Positions 26,538 through 36,905 of a DNA stretch of 39,476 nt are shown piece by piece. The stretch comes from a virus. Taxonomy: Duplodnaviria > Caudoviricetes. How positions within the stretch are numbered: position 1 is the stretch's first letter; each line of letters begins with the position of its first letter. The stretch spans positions 1 to 39,476 of IMG/VR virus record IMGVR_UViG_3300033135_000167. One strand, 5' to 3'. The position numbers were made by a program, and so were the translations under genes. A model generated the notes under the pieces. That model searched no databases. It saw nothing but the letters and a program-made list of their open reading frames with translations, and was not told the DNA's origin.

Positions 26538-27128
26538 ATGTCTGATAAACCTTATGAACCACCGTTAATATTATCTCATCCTGAAGATGGGTTTTTAAGG
26601 GTTGGTAAAGAAACAAATGATGATATTGATAGGAAAGCTCAGGTTGAACTTGGTTCGGGATCTGGTGCTAGTTTATTTTTATTTGATGATGGTGGATGGG
26701 AAATAAGAGGTATTAAAGGTGGATTGAATGATACAGCAGAATCTTTGCATGCAGGTGCAAATATTGTTCAGCAAGGTGGAGGACCTCTTAATATTGTATC
26801 GGAAGGAGATTTAAATATATCATGCCCTGATGGTAAATTGACCATTGCTGCAAAAGAGATAGTGATGGAAACAGTTGCAGATGATGGTGATTTTGTTCTT
26901 AACTCAAAAAAAAATATTAGATTAAATGCATCTAATAATTTTACCTTGATCGGGACAAATGTAATAACAAAAGCATCACATACTCTTCTTGCTCATTCAG
27001 ATGGATTTAATATTATGTCAAGTGATACTAGAAATATAGTATACGAAACCAAGACACCAATGACACCACTTCCTATAATTAAGATGGTTAATACATTACT
27101 TAATAACGTTACTTACGAAAACAACTAA
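26538..27128 (+). CDS. gp5 C-terminal beta-helix-like spike protein
   Basis: SG.S..L.DDG and periodic beta-strand pattern; follows gp5. Confidence 0.55.
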   Translation: MSDKPYEPPLILSHPEDGFLRVGKETNDDIDRKAQVELGSGSGASLFLFDDGGWEIRGIKGGLNDTAESLHAGANIVQQGGGPLNIVSEGDLNISCPDGKLTIAAKEIVMETVADDGDFVLNSKKNIRLNASNNFTLIGTNVITKASHTLLAHSDGFNIMSSDTRNIVYETKTPMTPLPIIKMVNTLLNNVTYENN

Positions 27129-27934
27129 TGGCAACTGTTCCAGAATTAAGTGCTGGTAAGGTCTACATAGGACCTGAACCAAGACAAGATAGATCTGTAA
27201 AAACTATTGAAAGTGGTGAAAAACAATTTGATGGTACGTTAGCGGTCACAGGTCCTGCCTTTATAGGTGGACACTCTGATAGTGCAAAAGGTGTGTTGAA
27301 TGTTGGAACAGATCTAGGAAACTTTAGTCCTGAAGTTGCAGGTAGGGCATTAGATGTTCAGGGTGATGTCAATGTTGTAGGGAAGAAAGCAGAAAATGCA
27401 GTTTATATTCAAGGTGACTTATATGTCAGTGGTAAGATTGATGGTGGAAATAAGGGAAGACTTGCCTCTAGATTTGGAACTGCTGACTCTTTACCACCCA
27501 AAGCATTTGATATCAAACATCCTACGAAAGGAGAAGGGTGGAGACTTCGCCATGTTTCGTTAGAGGGTCCAGAGTCTGCTGTTTACTATCGTGGTAGATT
27601 GAAAGGATCAAATACAATTGAATTACCTCATTACTGGAAAGATCTGGTTCACGAAGATAGTATTACTGTTTCAGTGCAACCGATTGGATCTACTCAAAAA
27701 ATTATTGTCATGGAATTTGACAATGAAAAAATAATTTTATCTGGTAATACAGATTGTTTTTTTCATGTCTATGGTGAAAGAAAAGATGTGAATCCATTAC
27801 TTACTGAGTATGAGGGTAATAATAGGTATGATTATCCAGATCCAAACTTCAATGAAAATTCTGAGTTATCAGTTGAGGATCGTAATTACACTGATACTAA
27901 TTATGAATTCCCAAGAAACACTATTACGAAGTAG
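27128..27934 (+). CDS. Virion structural protein with C-terminal chaperone-like domain
   Basis: Fibre-like repeats, then FDIKHP..LRHVSLEGPESAVYYRG. Confidence 0.65.
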   Translation: MATVPELSAGKVYIGPEPRQDRSVKTIESGEKQFDGTLAVTGPAFIGGHSDSAKGVLNVGTDLGNFSPEVAGRALDVQGDVNVVGKKAENAVYIQGDLYVSGKIDGGNKGRLASRFGTADSLPPKAFDIKHPTKGEGWRLRHVSLEGPESAVYYRGRLKGSNTIELPHYWKDLVHEDSITVSVQPIGSTQKIIVMEFDNEKIILSGNTDCFFHVYGERKDVNPLLTEYEGNNRYDYPDPNFNENSELSVEDRNYTDTNYEFPRNTITK

Positions 27935-27956
27935 ATAAATAAAAGAAAATTTGATT

Positions 27957-28199
27957 ATGTGTCACAAATATCATTTTAGTGGTACCGTAACAATTGACGG
28001 TATCATTGAACTTCCTGAATCATGGTTTGGAAAAATTAAACCAGAAACTATAAATGTTCAACTAACTCCGTTAGATACCTTTCAAGAGTTATTTGTAAAA
28101 GAAATTCCTTATGGTAGAAAAGTAATTGTCAGGAATAACAGTGGGGGAGTTATAAAAGCACATTTTGATGTGGTAGCAGAGAGCATTGAAGATGAATGA
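27957..28199 (+). CDS. Small hypothetical protein resembling the C-terminal domain of the upstream gene
   Basis: IELPESW..I.VQLTP versus IELPHYW..I.VSVQP; GATAAATA at 27934-27941 upstream. Confidence 0.65.
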   Translation: MCHKYHFSGTVTIDGIIELPESWFGKIKPETINVQLTPLDTFQELFVKEIPYGRKVIVRNNSGGVIKAHFDVVAESIEDE

Positions 28200-28374
28200 T
28201 GAACAAACTGTTTTATTAATTGAAATTGACATAGTAAGTAGAAAATTCATGATTCATGGTGATCAAGGTAGTTTCAGAGAATTAACTTGTGATACCTCTC
28301 AACAATTTCTAGATGTATTAAAAGTTATTCGTGATAATCAAGATGAAACGGAGGTTCGCTACCTGACTAAATAG
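28186..28374 (+). CDS. Small conserved hypothetical protein
   Basis: In-operon ORF; start may be ATG 28192. Confidence 0.65.
   Translation: MKMNDEQTVLLIEIDIVSRKFMIHGDQGSFRELTCDTSQQFLDVLKVIRDNQDETEVRYLTK
28366..28373 (+). promoter_or_regulatory. Late promoter-like motif (ACTAAATA)
   Basis: 30 nt upstream of the 1922-aa gene. Confidence 0.55.
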
Positions 28375-28403
28375 ATTGAGACAATATAGTCAGTTGGTGG
28401 TAG

Positions 28404-31400
28404 ATGCCGTTAAGTAGATTAGAAAATTTCCTTAAAAATGTACCAGGTAATGTAATATACGTCAACCCTGACGAACTGGATGCAACGGATGACATTAATA
28501 ATACAGGTAATTCAAGGACTCGTCCTTTTAAGACGATTCAACGTGCTTTATTAGAATCAGCTAGATTTTCATATCAACCTGGTAAAGATAACGATAAATT
28601 TGATAGAACCTCTATTCATCTATCAACTGGCACTCACATTATTGATAATAGACCAGGATTACAGATTGATACTGCTGGTTCTCTTACAGATATAAATGGC
28701 ATAGCATCTTCAATAGCACAATTTTCTGTAGGGACTAATTTTGATGTAAGTGATCCTAATAATGTTTTAGTTAATTTTAACTCAATAAGTGGAGGTGTAA
28801 TAGTTCCTCGTGGCACATCAATAATTGGTGATGATCTTAGAAAAACAAAAATAAGACCAAAATTCATTCCAAATCCTAATGATAATTCTATAAATTCTAC
28901 TGCAATATTCAGAGTAACTGGTGCTTGTTTCTTTTGGGGTTTTTCATTTTTTGATGGAGATCCAAATGATACTGTTTTTAGAGATTATACTTCAAATGTA
29001 TATGGATCAAGATACTCTCATCATAAATTAACTTGTTTTGAATATGCGGACGGTACAAATATAGTCACAGGAAAAGGTAATACAGATTTAGACATGTATT
29101 ATCATAAGTTGACTCTCGCTTATGGTGTAAATTCTCAACGTGCTTTACCTGTATATCCTACAAACACTGATTTTGAAGCAATAAAAGATGAGTCAAGAAT
29201 AGTCGGTGCAATAACACAAGTTGGTGCAGTAACAATAACAGACATATATTCAGGATCTACACCTTCTGATTCAACTGCGACACCAGTTGTAACGGTAACA
29301 ACTCTAACCGATCATGGGTTATCAGTAGGTACTCCAATATTAATAAATGGTGTTAATAATACGGAATATGATGGAACATTCATAACAAGTCAAGTTTTGA
29401 GTGACACTTCTTTCACATATACGCTTCCTACAACTCCATCAACCACTTCTACTCCAAACCTTTCAGGATTATCTCCAACTGTAAAAATTGAAAGTGATAC
29501 CGTAACATCTGCATCACCATATATTTTCAACTGCTCAATAAGATCAGTTTTCGGAATGAATGGTCTTTTTGCAGATGGTGCAAAAGCAACTGGTTTCAAA
29601 TCAATGGTGGTTGCACAATTCACTGGTATCTCACTCAATAAAGATGATAGTGTATATGTAAAATACAATACTACTTCTGGTATTTGGCAAGACCAAGCGA
29701 CATTAGGATCTTCATTATCTTTACATAGTGATAGTCTTGCAAGACATACACCAGAAGCATCAAATTATCATATAAGGGTTGCAAACAAAGCAGTTATTCA
29801 AGCAGTATCTGTTTTTGCAATTGGTTATAAAAGACATTTCTTTGCAGAGTCTGGTGGTGATGCGTCAATAACTAACTCCAATTCTAATTTTGGAGAAACA
29901 GCTCTTGAAGCAGATAAATTTAGAGATGAAGCATTTTTAAAAGATGATAAAGGATTTATTGTTGATATATCCGCACCTCAGAAAAAATTTACAAATCCTT
30001 CAAATTTTAATTGGTTAACATTAGACGTAGATATTACTGCTGGATTATCAACTGATTCAAAATTATACTTATTTGGATATCGTCAGAAAGATAATGTTCC
30101 ATCTAGTAAAGTTTTAGAATTTTCTGTAGGTAATAAACTAAATGATCAATTATCTTTACAAATTAATAATATAACATACGATGTCAGCATTTTAATGCCT
30201 GTCCCTCAGACAGATCCAGACGACAGAGTATCAGCAAGAAAGGAAATATTTGTAGGAAGTAATTCAGGTATTAATTCTATAAGTAGTGATAGATTTACAC
30301 TACAAGAAAATCATAAGTTTATTAATGGTGAATCAATAAGATTTTATTCTGATGATGGTGCTTTACCTGATGGAATAGAATATAACAAAATATATTATGC
30401 CATCACAGGAGTCGGTGATGACAAAATTGATATCGCTACTAATAAAAATAATGCTGCTGCTGGTTCAAAACTTACAGGCATCAATAATTTAGGTGGAAAA
30501 TTAAAAATAATTTCTACAGTAGCAGATAAAATTCCTGGTGATGCAGGTCATCCAATTCAATATGATTCGTCAGGATGGTTTATAAATGTAGGTGTTGGAA
30601 ATACATTATCTGCTGCTATTGTTGCAAATTCAACACAATTGAGTCCTGAAACAAGACAAACATTTATTAAGAGAATTAGAGATACTAGAGATGATAGTGA
30701 GAAAAGATATGGTCTTACATATGTAATACCTGAAGGATCATCTTTAGCATCACCTCCAATTGAGGGATACTCTATTGAAGAGAGTAGTTCGGTTATTGAT
30801 GACACTAATTATAAGAATGATAATACTGAATTAACTTCAGCAAGTGATTTAAGAACAAAAACAAACATTATAAATGCTGATTGGACTGCAAATGTTGGAA
30901 TAGTCACAACTCAATATAGACATGGTTTAAAAGTTGGTAATACAATAAAAATTAATAGACTTAAAAGTTCTAACAATACAACAGGTGATGATAATTCAGG
31001 ATTTAATGGAATTTTCAAGATTGATTCTGTCCCCACTGCAACATCATTTACAGTTGGTTTAAATACAGATCCTGGCGGTATAACAACTATCGCTACGAAT
31101 GTTCCTTATACTTTCCATGATCAAAGTGTTGTTGGTAGTGGAAGAACATTCAGTCCATACTTTACAAGAATGGATTTTGGACCTTCTTATCAAATAAGAG
31201 AAGTAGAACAAATTCAAGAATTTAGAAAAGATATACAGGATGGAATTTATAATTTAACTATCAGAGGATATTTAAGCACACCAACTGTTACACCATTTTC
31301 TACTGCATCTAACAAATTTGGTCAAGATATTATTGATATTGTTCCGCAAAATGATCCCGACAATATTAATTATGATCCAGAGGCAGCAGTAAGTTATGCT

Positions 31401-34172
31401 GTTAGAGATGTAGTAGGAAAAGTAGAAACAAATAATCCAAGTAATAGCATTACAAGAGAATCATTGAATTCAATACTTGAAAATACTGGAGTTGGTATTG
31501 CGATTACTGGGACTGATATTTCTTCAGGAACTATATGTACAATAGATACAGGAGTAAGTCACGGATTGAATCCAATTAGTGGCATTCATTCAATAAGTGG
31601 AGGATCAAATTATGGGTCAGTATCAGGTGTAACTGAAAATTATTTTAATGTAAGATTAGAGGGTGGAACTGGTGAAGGTGCCACAGCAGATGTCACTGTT
31701 TCTACATCAAGCACTATAAGTAATGTAGTTATAAACAATGCTGGTTCTGGTTATAAGAAAGATGATCTTCTTACAATAAAAGGAGTTCCGTTTCATACAC
31801 CAGGAAGTGATTCAACAGTTGGCGTATCATCAATTATAGATGGTGTTGGATCTGTAGGTCAGATCGTTGGTGTTGGTAGCACATCTTATGATGGTCTATT
31901 TACAATAAAAACTGTTGATAGTTCTACAAGGTTTAGTTATTCAAAACAGTCGATACCAGAAGCACCAGACCTACCATCATCTGGAGGATTTTTCTATCAT
32001 GCTGGTATAAGTACAGGTGTTGTTAACATAACTCATGATTCTATTAGTGGAATCGCCACAGTATTACTGGACGGTGATATTGGGTTAAGAAGAGGTGAAG
32101 AAATAGTTATATCAGGATGTACAGGAGCATCTGCAATTTATAATGGAACACATCATATTTCCGATAGGATTGGATATGGTTCATCTTTATCAGTCAATAT
32201 AGGTGTTACACAATCTGCCCCTTCGATGGCAGGTATTGTGACTGCTCACGGCACAGGTTTTTCAAATAGATCTAGTGGTAGAAGAATACCAATATACGGT
32301 GGTTTAACAACTAAATTAAGTTCTGACATCACAGCAACTGCTTCTTCTGTTATATTTTCTGATACTGCAGGTTTACAAAGAGGTGATTTTCTCTTAATAG
32401 AAGATGAAATTGTAAGAATTTCTAATTCATCTGGAAATAAAATTTTAAGAGGTATTCTAGGAACAAATGCAGTTACACACTCAGCAAATGTTGCAGTAAA
32501 AAAAATAAAAGTTATACCAATAGAAAATAGAAGATATTCTGTTTTAAGGGCATCGGGGCATACATTTGAATATGTTGGTTATGGTCCTGGTAACTACTCT
32601 ACTGCAATGCCACAAGTTCAAGATAGAGTATTAACAGAGGATGAGGTATTACTTTCACAATCTGTACAAACACGAGGCGGTTTTGTTGTTTATACAGGAA
32701 TGAATGATACTGGTGAGTTCTTCATAGGTAGTTTAAAAGTAGGTTCAAAAGGTGAAATAAATTTTGTTGGAGGTGAAGGTGGTAGAACAGGTGAAAAAGG
32801 AAATACTCTACCTGATTCTGCAACATTTAAGGATATAACTGTAGATAATGGATTGTTTGATGATCTAACTGTAGATAATTTAAAAGTTAATAATAATACT
32901 GAAGTCAAAGATATATCATTAACTGGAAATAGATCAGGTACTGTTGGTCAGAGTATATTTGTAGGTATTGCAAACACTTATCCAACATCTTTAAATGATG
33001 ATATATTGTTTAACACTTCATATAAACGAGGTGGATTTCTTGGATGGGTTAGAACAGACGATACTTCAAATGCATGGAAAAGATTTGGAATTATATCAAA
33101 TGAGAGAGATACCGAAGATTACGGTTTTGATAGATTAGGTGTAGGTGTAACGATTGCATCTGATGGACGTGCATTTGAAGTTTCAGGTGAATCATTATTG
33201 ACAGGAAATGCAACTGTTACAGGGATTTTAACTGCTAGTAATGTAACTGGAGACCTAACTGGTAATTCCTCTACTGCATCTCAATTACAAACAGCAAGAA
33301 CTATATCAATCACTGGAGATGTTTCAGGTTCTACTACTTTTGATGGTTCTTCAGATGTATCAATTTCAGCATCTATTAGTGGTGGAAATGCTTCTACTGC
33401 ATCTAAATTACAAACAGCAAGAACTATATCAATCACTGGAGATGTTACAGGTTCTACTACTTTTGATGGTTCTTCAAATGCATCAATTTCAGCAAATATT
33501 AGTAATTCAGGTGTAAGTCCTGGTACTTATGGTTCTTCATCTTCAATTCCAAGTATAACTGTTGCTGGTGATGGTAGACTCACTAGTGTTACATCAAACT
33601 CTTTCTCCATTGGTGGAACAATACCTATTGGTGGTATTATCATGTGGTCAGGTTCATCTATCCCATCTGGTTGGGCATTATGTAATGGTCAAACAGTTAA
33701 CGGTCAAGCCACACCAAATTTACAGGATAAATTCGTTGTTGGTGCTGGTAGTGGTTATTCTGTAGGTAGCGTTGGTGGTGAAGCAACTAAAACTTTAGGA
33801 ACAGCAAACCTACCAAGTCACACTCACACTGCAGGGTCGTTAACAGCGACTGGTGGTAATCATTCTCACTCATTTAGTGGATCAGGAAGTAATACTCATA
33901 ATCACAATTTTAAATCTGTACAGATGGGTGCTGACGCAGATCAACAAAATAGGGGAATTGATCATTCATCTGATGAAGGTATTGTTAGTTATAATACATA
34001 TAAAACAGAAAATGCATCTATAAGTATTACTGTTAGTGGTACAACAGGTGGAAGTGGCAATTTATCATTAGGAGTTGGTGGAAATACTGGAGATCAAGGT
34101 GGTGCAATGGGTCAAGCATTTGAAAATTTACCTCCATATTATGCAATCGCTTATATCATGCGTATTTCATAA
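28404..34172 (+). CDS. Large virion structural / tail fibre protein with C-terminal tail-collar domain
   Basis: MPLSRLENFLKN..RPFKTIQRA start, G/S/T-rich beta repeats, and PIGGIIMWSG..IPSGWALCNG..TPNLQDKFVVGAG..NLPPYYA collar motif. Confidence 0.85.
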   Translation: MPLSRLENFLKNVPGNVIYVNPDELDATDDINNTGNSRTRPFKTIQRALLESARFSYQPGKDNDKFDRTSIHLSTGTHIIDNRPGLQIDTAGSLTDINGIASSIAQFSVGTNFDVSDPNNVLVNFNSISGGVIVPRGTSIIGDDLRKTKIRPKFIPNPNDNSINSTAIFRVTGACFFWGFSFFDGDPNDTVFRDYTSNVYGSRYSHHKLTCFEYADGTNIVTGKGNTDLDMYYHKLTLAYGVNSQRALPVYPTNTDFEAIKDESRIVGAITQVGAVTITDIYSGSTPSDSTATPVVTVTTLTDHGLSVGTPILINGVNNTEYDGTFITSQVLSDTSFTYTLPTTPSTTSTPNLSGLSPTVKIESDTVTSASPYIFNCSIRSVFGMNGLFADGAKATGFKSMVVAQFTGISLNKDDSVYVKYNTTSGIWQDQATLGSSLSLHSDSLARHTPEASNYHIRVANKAVIQAVSVFAIGYKRHFFAESGGDASITNSNSNFGETALEADKFRDEAFLKDDKGFIVDISAPQKKFTNPSNFNWLTLDVDITAGLSTDSKLYLFGYRQKDNVPSSKVLEFSVGNKLNDQLSLQINNITYDVSILMPVPQTDPDDRVSARKEIFVGSNSGINSISSDRFTLQENHKFINGESIRFYSDDGALPDGIEYNKIYYAITGVGDDKIDIATNKNNAAAGSKLTGINNLGGKLKIISTVADKIPGDAGHPIQYDSSGWFINVGVGNTLSAAIVANSTQLSPETRQTFIKRIRDTRDDSEKRYGLTYVIPEGSSLASPPIEGYSIEESSSVIDDTNYKNDNTELTSASDLRTKTNIINADWTANVGIVTTQYRHGLKVGNTIKINRLKSSNNTTGDDNSGFNGIFKIDSVPTATSFTVGLNTDPGGITTIATNVPYTFHDQSVVGSGRTFSPYFTRMDFGPSYQIREVEQIQEFRKDIQDGIYNLTIRGYLSTPTVTPFSTASNKFGQDIIDIVPQNDPDNINYDPEAAVSYAVRDVVGKVETNNPSNSITRESLNSILENTGVGIAITGTDISSGTICTIDTGVSHGLNPISGIHSISGGSNYGSVSGVTENYFNVRLEGGTGEGATADVTVSTSSTISNVVINNAGSGYKKDDLLTIKGVPFHTPGSDSTVGVSSIIDGVGSVGQIVGVGSTSYDGLFTIKTVDSSTRFSYSKQSIPEAPDLPSSGGFFYHAGISTGVVNITHDSISGIATVLLDGDIGLRRGEEIVISGCTGASAIYNGTHHISDRIGYGSSLSVNIGVTQSAPSMAGIVTAHGTGFSNRSSGRRIPIYGGLTTKLSSDITATASSVIFSDTAGLQRGDFLLIEDEIVRISNSSGNKILRGILGTNAVTHSANVAVKKIKVIPIENRRYSVLRASGHTFEYVGYGPGNYSTAMPQVQDRVLTEDEVLLSQSVQTRGGFVVYTGMNDTGEFFIGSLKVGSKGEINFVGGEGGRTGEKGNTLPDSATFKDITVDNGLFDDLTVDNLKVNNNTEVKDISLTGNRSGTVGQSIFVGIANTYPTSLNDDILFNTSYKRGGFLGWVRTDDTSNAWKRFGIISNERDTEDYGFDRLGVGVTIASDGRAFEVSGESLLTGNATVTGILTASNVTGDLTGNSSTASQLQTARTISITGDVSGSTTFDGSSDVSISASISGGNASTASKLQTARTISITGDVTGSTTFDGSSNASISANISNSGVSPGTYGSSSSIPSITVAGDGRLTSVTSNSFSIGGTIPIGGIIMWSGSSIPSGWALCNGQTVNGQATPNLQDKFVVGAGSGYSVGSVGGEATKTLGTANLPSHTHTAGSLTATGGNHSHSFSGSGSNTHNHNFKSVQMGADADQQNRGIDHSSDEGIVSYNTYKTENASISITVSGTTGGSGNLSLGVGGNTGDQGGAMGQAFENLPPYYAIAYIMRIS
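33270..33494 (+). repeat. Intragenic tandem duplication, period 123 nt (41 aa)
   Basis: STAS(Q/K)LQTARTISITGDV(S/T)GSTTFDGSS twice, nearly identical at DNA level. Confidence 0.92.
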
Positions 34173-34175
34173 ATA
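34168..34175 (+). promoter_or_regulatory. Late promoter-like motif (CATAAATA)
   Basis: Overlaps the stop codon; upstream of the AAGGAG RBS and ATG 34203. Confidence 0.5.
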
Positions 34176-34202
34176 TTAAGACAAGAAGGAGTGCTTCTTT
34201 AA

Positions 34203-36563
34203 ATGGCGGCTATCAATAAGAAATTTGCAATAGAAAAAGGTCTAGAAGTAGGCACCGAAACACTAGTAGCAGATGCAGATACTAATAAAGTTGCAATCGG
34301 AAAAACTTTTGCTGAATATGGTTTAGATGTAGCACCTACATCAAACTTTGATGGTGTAGTAGCAGTAGGAAATATAGGTGTAGGAAGCACACAACCTGCA
34401 TATGCGGGAGATTTCAGAGGAGATGTCAGATTTGCTGACAAAGTGTTTGACTCCAATGTTGGAGCAGGTAGTACGGGTCAAGTATTAATTAGTGTAGGTT
34501 CAGGAATTTCGTGGTCTTCAGGTGCTGATATTAAAGCTGATGCAGATGGTGCTACTTATTCAATACAACATAAAGATGCACAAGGTAAATTTGCAGGATC
34601 AAATCAATTATATTATTTTTCTCCTCAAGATAGAGTAGGTATTGGCACCGCTATTCCTGAGTACTTATTACAAGTCAAGAGACCTGTAGGTTCAGGATCT
34701 TCAAATGGATTTGTACAGATTGGAGGTACATTCCTTGATGCACAAGGAACATCTCCAGGTATCGGATCAGTCATAGGTGCAAATGACTCTGGTGAATTGA
34801 CATGGGTTGGTGCAGGTGCTACGGCACAAAATATAATATATGTTTCTGAAAGAGGAGATGATAACAATGATGGTAGAAGAGAAAGCACATCATTAAAAAC
34901 AATAAAAGCAGCAGCATCAAAAGCAGTTACTGGTGATGTTATTCGAGTAGCAGGTGGTGTATTCCAAGAAGATAACCCTATATCTTTACCAATTAATACT
35001 ACTGTCGATGGTGATGATTTAAGAAATACTCAAGTAATTCCTTTAAATGTTGGTAAGGATTTATTTCATGTTGACAATGGATGTTTAATTCAAAATATGT
35101 CATTCATTGGTGCTGCAAACACTGGTGCTATGATTTCATTTCATCCTCCAAGAACTAATGACAACACATTTGTAAGTGCAGCAGCAAGTGCAATTTATGT
35201 GGGTAGTTGGGTCGGAACAGCATTAACACCATCAAATATTTTATATAATACATTAACTGGTGTGACAACAGTTACTGTTGCTAATCATGGGTTAACTACA
35301 TCAAGCACAATTGGATTTGCAACTGGTTCACTTCAATTTACATGTAAAGGAGATAATAATAACTCAATAAAATATTATCCAAGAGCAACAGATCCAGTTG
35401 CAGGTATTTTTACGAGTGTCAATAGTGTTCTTGACACAAATAATTTCGTTGTGAATGTAGGAGATGGTAAAAGTGGTAATACTTATGTAGGTTTTATTAC
35501 ACAATCACCATATGTAAGGAATTGCACTAACTTCGTTCCAAATTCAATGGGAATGAAGATTGATGGAAATGACTCACAAAGACAAAAATCAATGGTTGTT
35601 GATTCGTACACTCAGTACAATCAAGGTGGTATTGGTGTTTCAATAACAAATGATGGATATGCACAATTAGTTTCAATATTTACTAACTGTGATGACATAG
35701 CGATTTATTGTGGTTCTGGTGGACAATGTGATCTTACAAACTCAAACTCATTTGCTGGAAGACTAGGATTAGTTTCTCAAGGCATCGGAACTGTAAATTA
35801 TAGTGGTACTCTTGCAGTTGAAGGAATTGCTGAAGACAATCAAGTAGTCGTTGGTGGTTTAGGAACATTTAGACCATATTCAGGACAGGCATTTTATATT
35901 GGTGAACTTTTTAATCGTGTAAGCAGTGTAACTATGACTAGTGCAGGGTCAGGTTATACATCATCTAATCCTCCAATCGTTACTTTTGATGATGCAGAAG
36001 GAGATGGGGGGATTGTTGCGGAAGGTGTTGCTGTTGTTAGTGGTTTCGGTAGTGTGACTGGGATAAATTTATTTGCTACTGGTACTCAATACAGAAACAC
36101 TCCAAATATTTCAATTGCTGCTCCAACTTCTGGTGTTACAGCAACTGCAATTGCAAATGTTGAACCAGAATATTTCACTATAAATAGTGCTACGTTCCCT
36201 ACTGCGGGTGTCTCGACAATAACTATTGATCAGACACTACCTGCAAATGTAGGAGTAGGATCTACCGTTCCATTTGCTAGACAATCACTGATTTTAGCAT
36301 CATCTCATTCATTTGAGTATGTGGGATCAGGTAACACCATTGAGACAGCATTACCTAGAAGAGGTGGTGTTGCGATTCCCGCAAATAAAACTGTATCAAC
36401 TGAGGGTGGAAAGGTCGTCTTTACCTCAACAGATGAGAAAGGAAACTTTGACATTGGTGAAGATTTTACAATAAATCAACAGACAGGAACTATCACTGGT
36501 GATGCATTTGATAAAAGCATCCAAGCAACACTAACACCACTAATTATTGCATTGGGAGGATAA
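34203..36563 (+). CDS. Virion structural protein (tail fibre / beta-helix-like)
   Basis: IYVS..GDD.NDG..KTIK.A, GDDLR, SPY.RNC and SHSFEYVGSG motifs shared with the 1922-aa protein. Confidence 0.8.
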   Translation: MAAINKKFAIEKGLEVGTETLVADADTNKVAIGKTFAEYGLDVAPTSNFDGVVAVGNIGVGSTQPAYAGDFRGDVRFADKVFDSNVGAGSTGQVLISVGSGISWSSGADIKADADGATYSIQHKDAQGKFAGSNQLYYFSPQDRVGIGTAIPEYLLQVKRPVGSGSSNGFVQIGGTFLDAQGTSPGIGSVIGANDSGELTWVGAGATAQNIIYVSERGDDNNDGRRESTSLKTIKAAASKAVTGDVIRVAGGVFQEDNPISLPINTTVDGDDLRNTQVIPLNVGKDLFHVDNGCLIQNMSFIGAANTGAMISFHPPRTNDNTFVSAAASAIYVGSWVGTALTPSNILYNTLTGVTTVTVANHGLTTSSTIGFATGSLQFTCKGDNNNSIKYYPRATDPVAGIFTSVNSVLDTNNFVVNVGDGKSGNTYVGFITQSPYVRNCTNFVPNSMGMKIDGNDSQRQKSMVVDSYTQYNQGGIGVSITNDGYAQLVSIFTNCDDIAIYCGSGGQCDLTNSNSFAGRLGLVSQGIGTVNYSGTLAVEGIAEDNQVVVGGLGTFRPYSGQAFYIGELFNRVSSVTMTSAGSGYTSSNPPIVTFDDAEGDGGIVAEGVAVVSGFGSVTGINLFATGTQYRNTPNISIAAPTSGVTATAIANVEPEYFTINSATFPTAGVSTITIDQTLPANVGVGSTVPFARQSLILASSHSFEYVGSGNTIETALPRRGGVAIPANKTVSTEGGKVVFTSTDEKGNFDIGEDFTINQQTGTITGDAFDKSIQATLTPLIIALGG

Positions 36564-36905
36564 ATGGCAGTAATACCTTTAAATAAATTCAGAACCATAA
36601 CTCATACACTGACATCTTCTTCAGTTGGAATATATACTTGTCCTGCTGGAGTTTCAGCGTTGATTATATATGGAAATGTGTCAAACATAGGGACAGGAAC
36701 ATCTGTTACACAATTTAGTGCATTTCATAGTAGATCCTCTGTGGACACTGAAATTGTAAGTAAAGCATCTATACCTTCTGATGATGCCATGAGTTTTATT
36801 CAAGGAAGATTAGTTTTAGAAACTGGAGATATTTTAAAAATACAAAGTAACGGTGATCCAGATGTAATGAAAGTAATTATCAGTATACTGGAGAACGCTA
36901 AGTAA
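36564..36905 (+). CDS. Small structural-module protein
   Basis: YTCP..LVLETGD.L..ISILE pattern; GGAGG RBS. Confidence 0.75.
   Translation: MAVIPLNKFRTITHTLTSSSVGIYTCPAGVSALIIYGNVSNIGTGTSVTQFSAFHSRSSVDTEIVSKASIPSDDAMSFIQGRLVLETGDILKIQSNGDPDVMKVIISILENAK

Noticed and set aside
21268-33494. Repeats as diversity-generating retroelement template/variable pairs
   Set aside because: No reverse transcriptase is in the window, both copies of each repeat are coding, and the few mismatches are not consistently adenine-specific in one direction.
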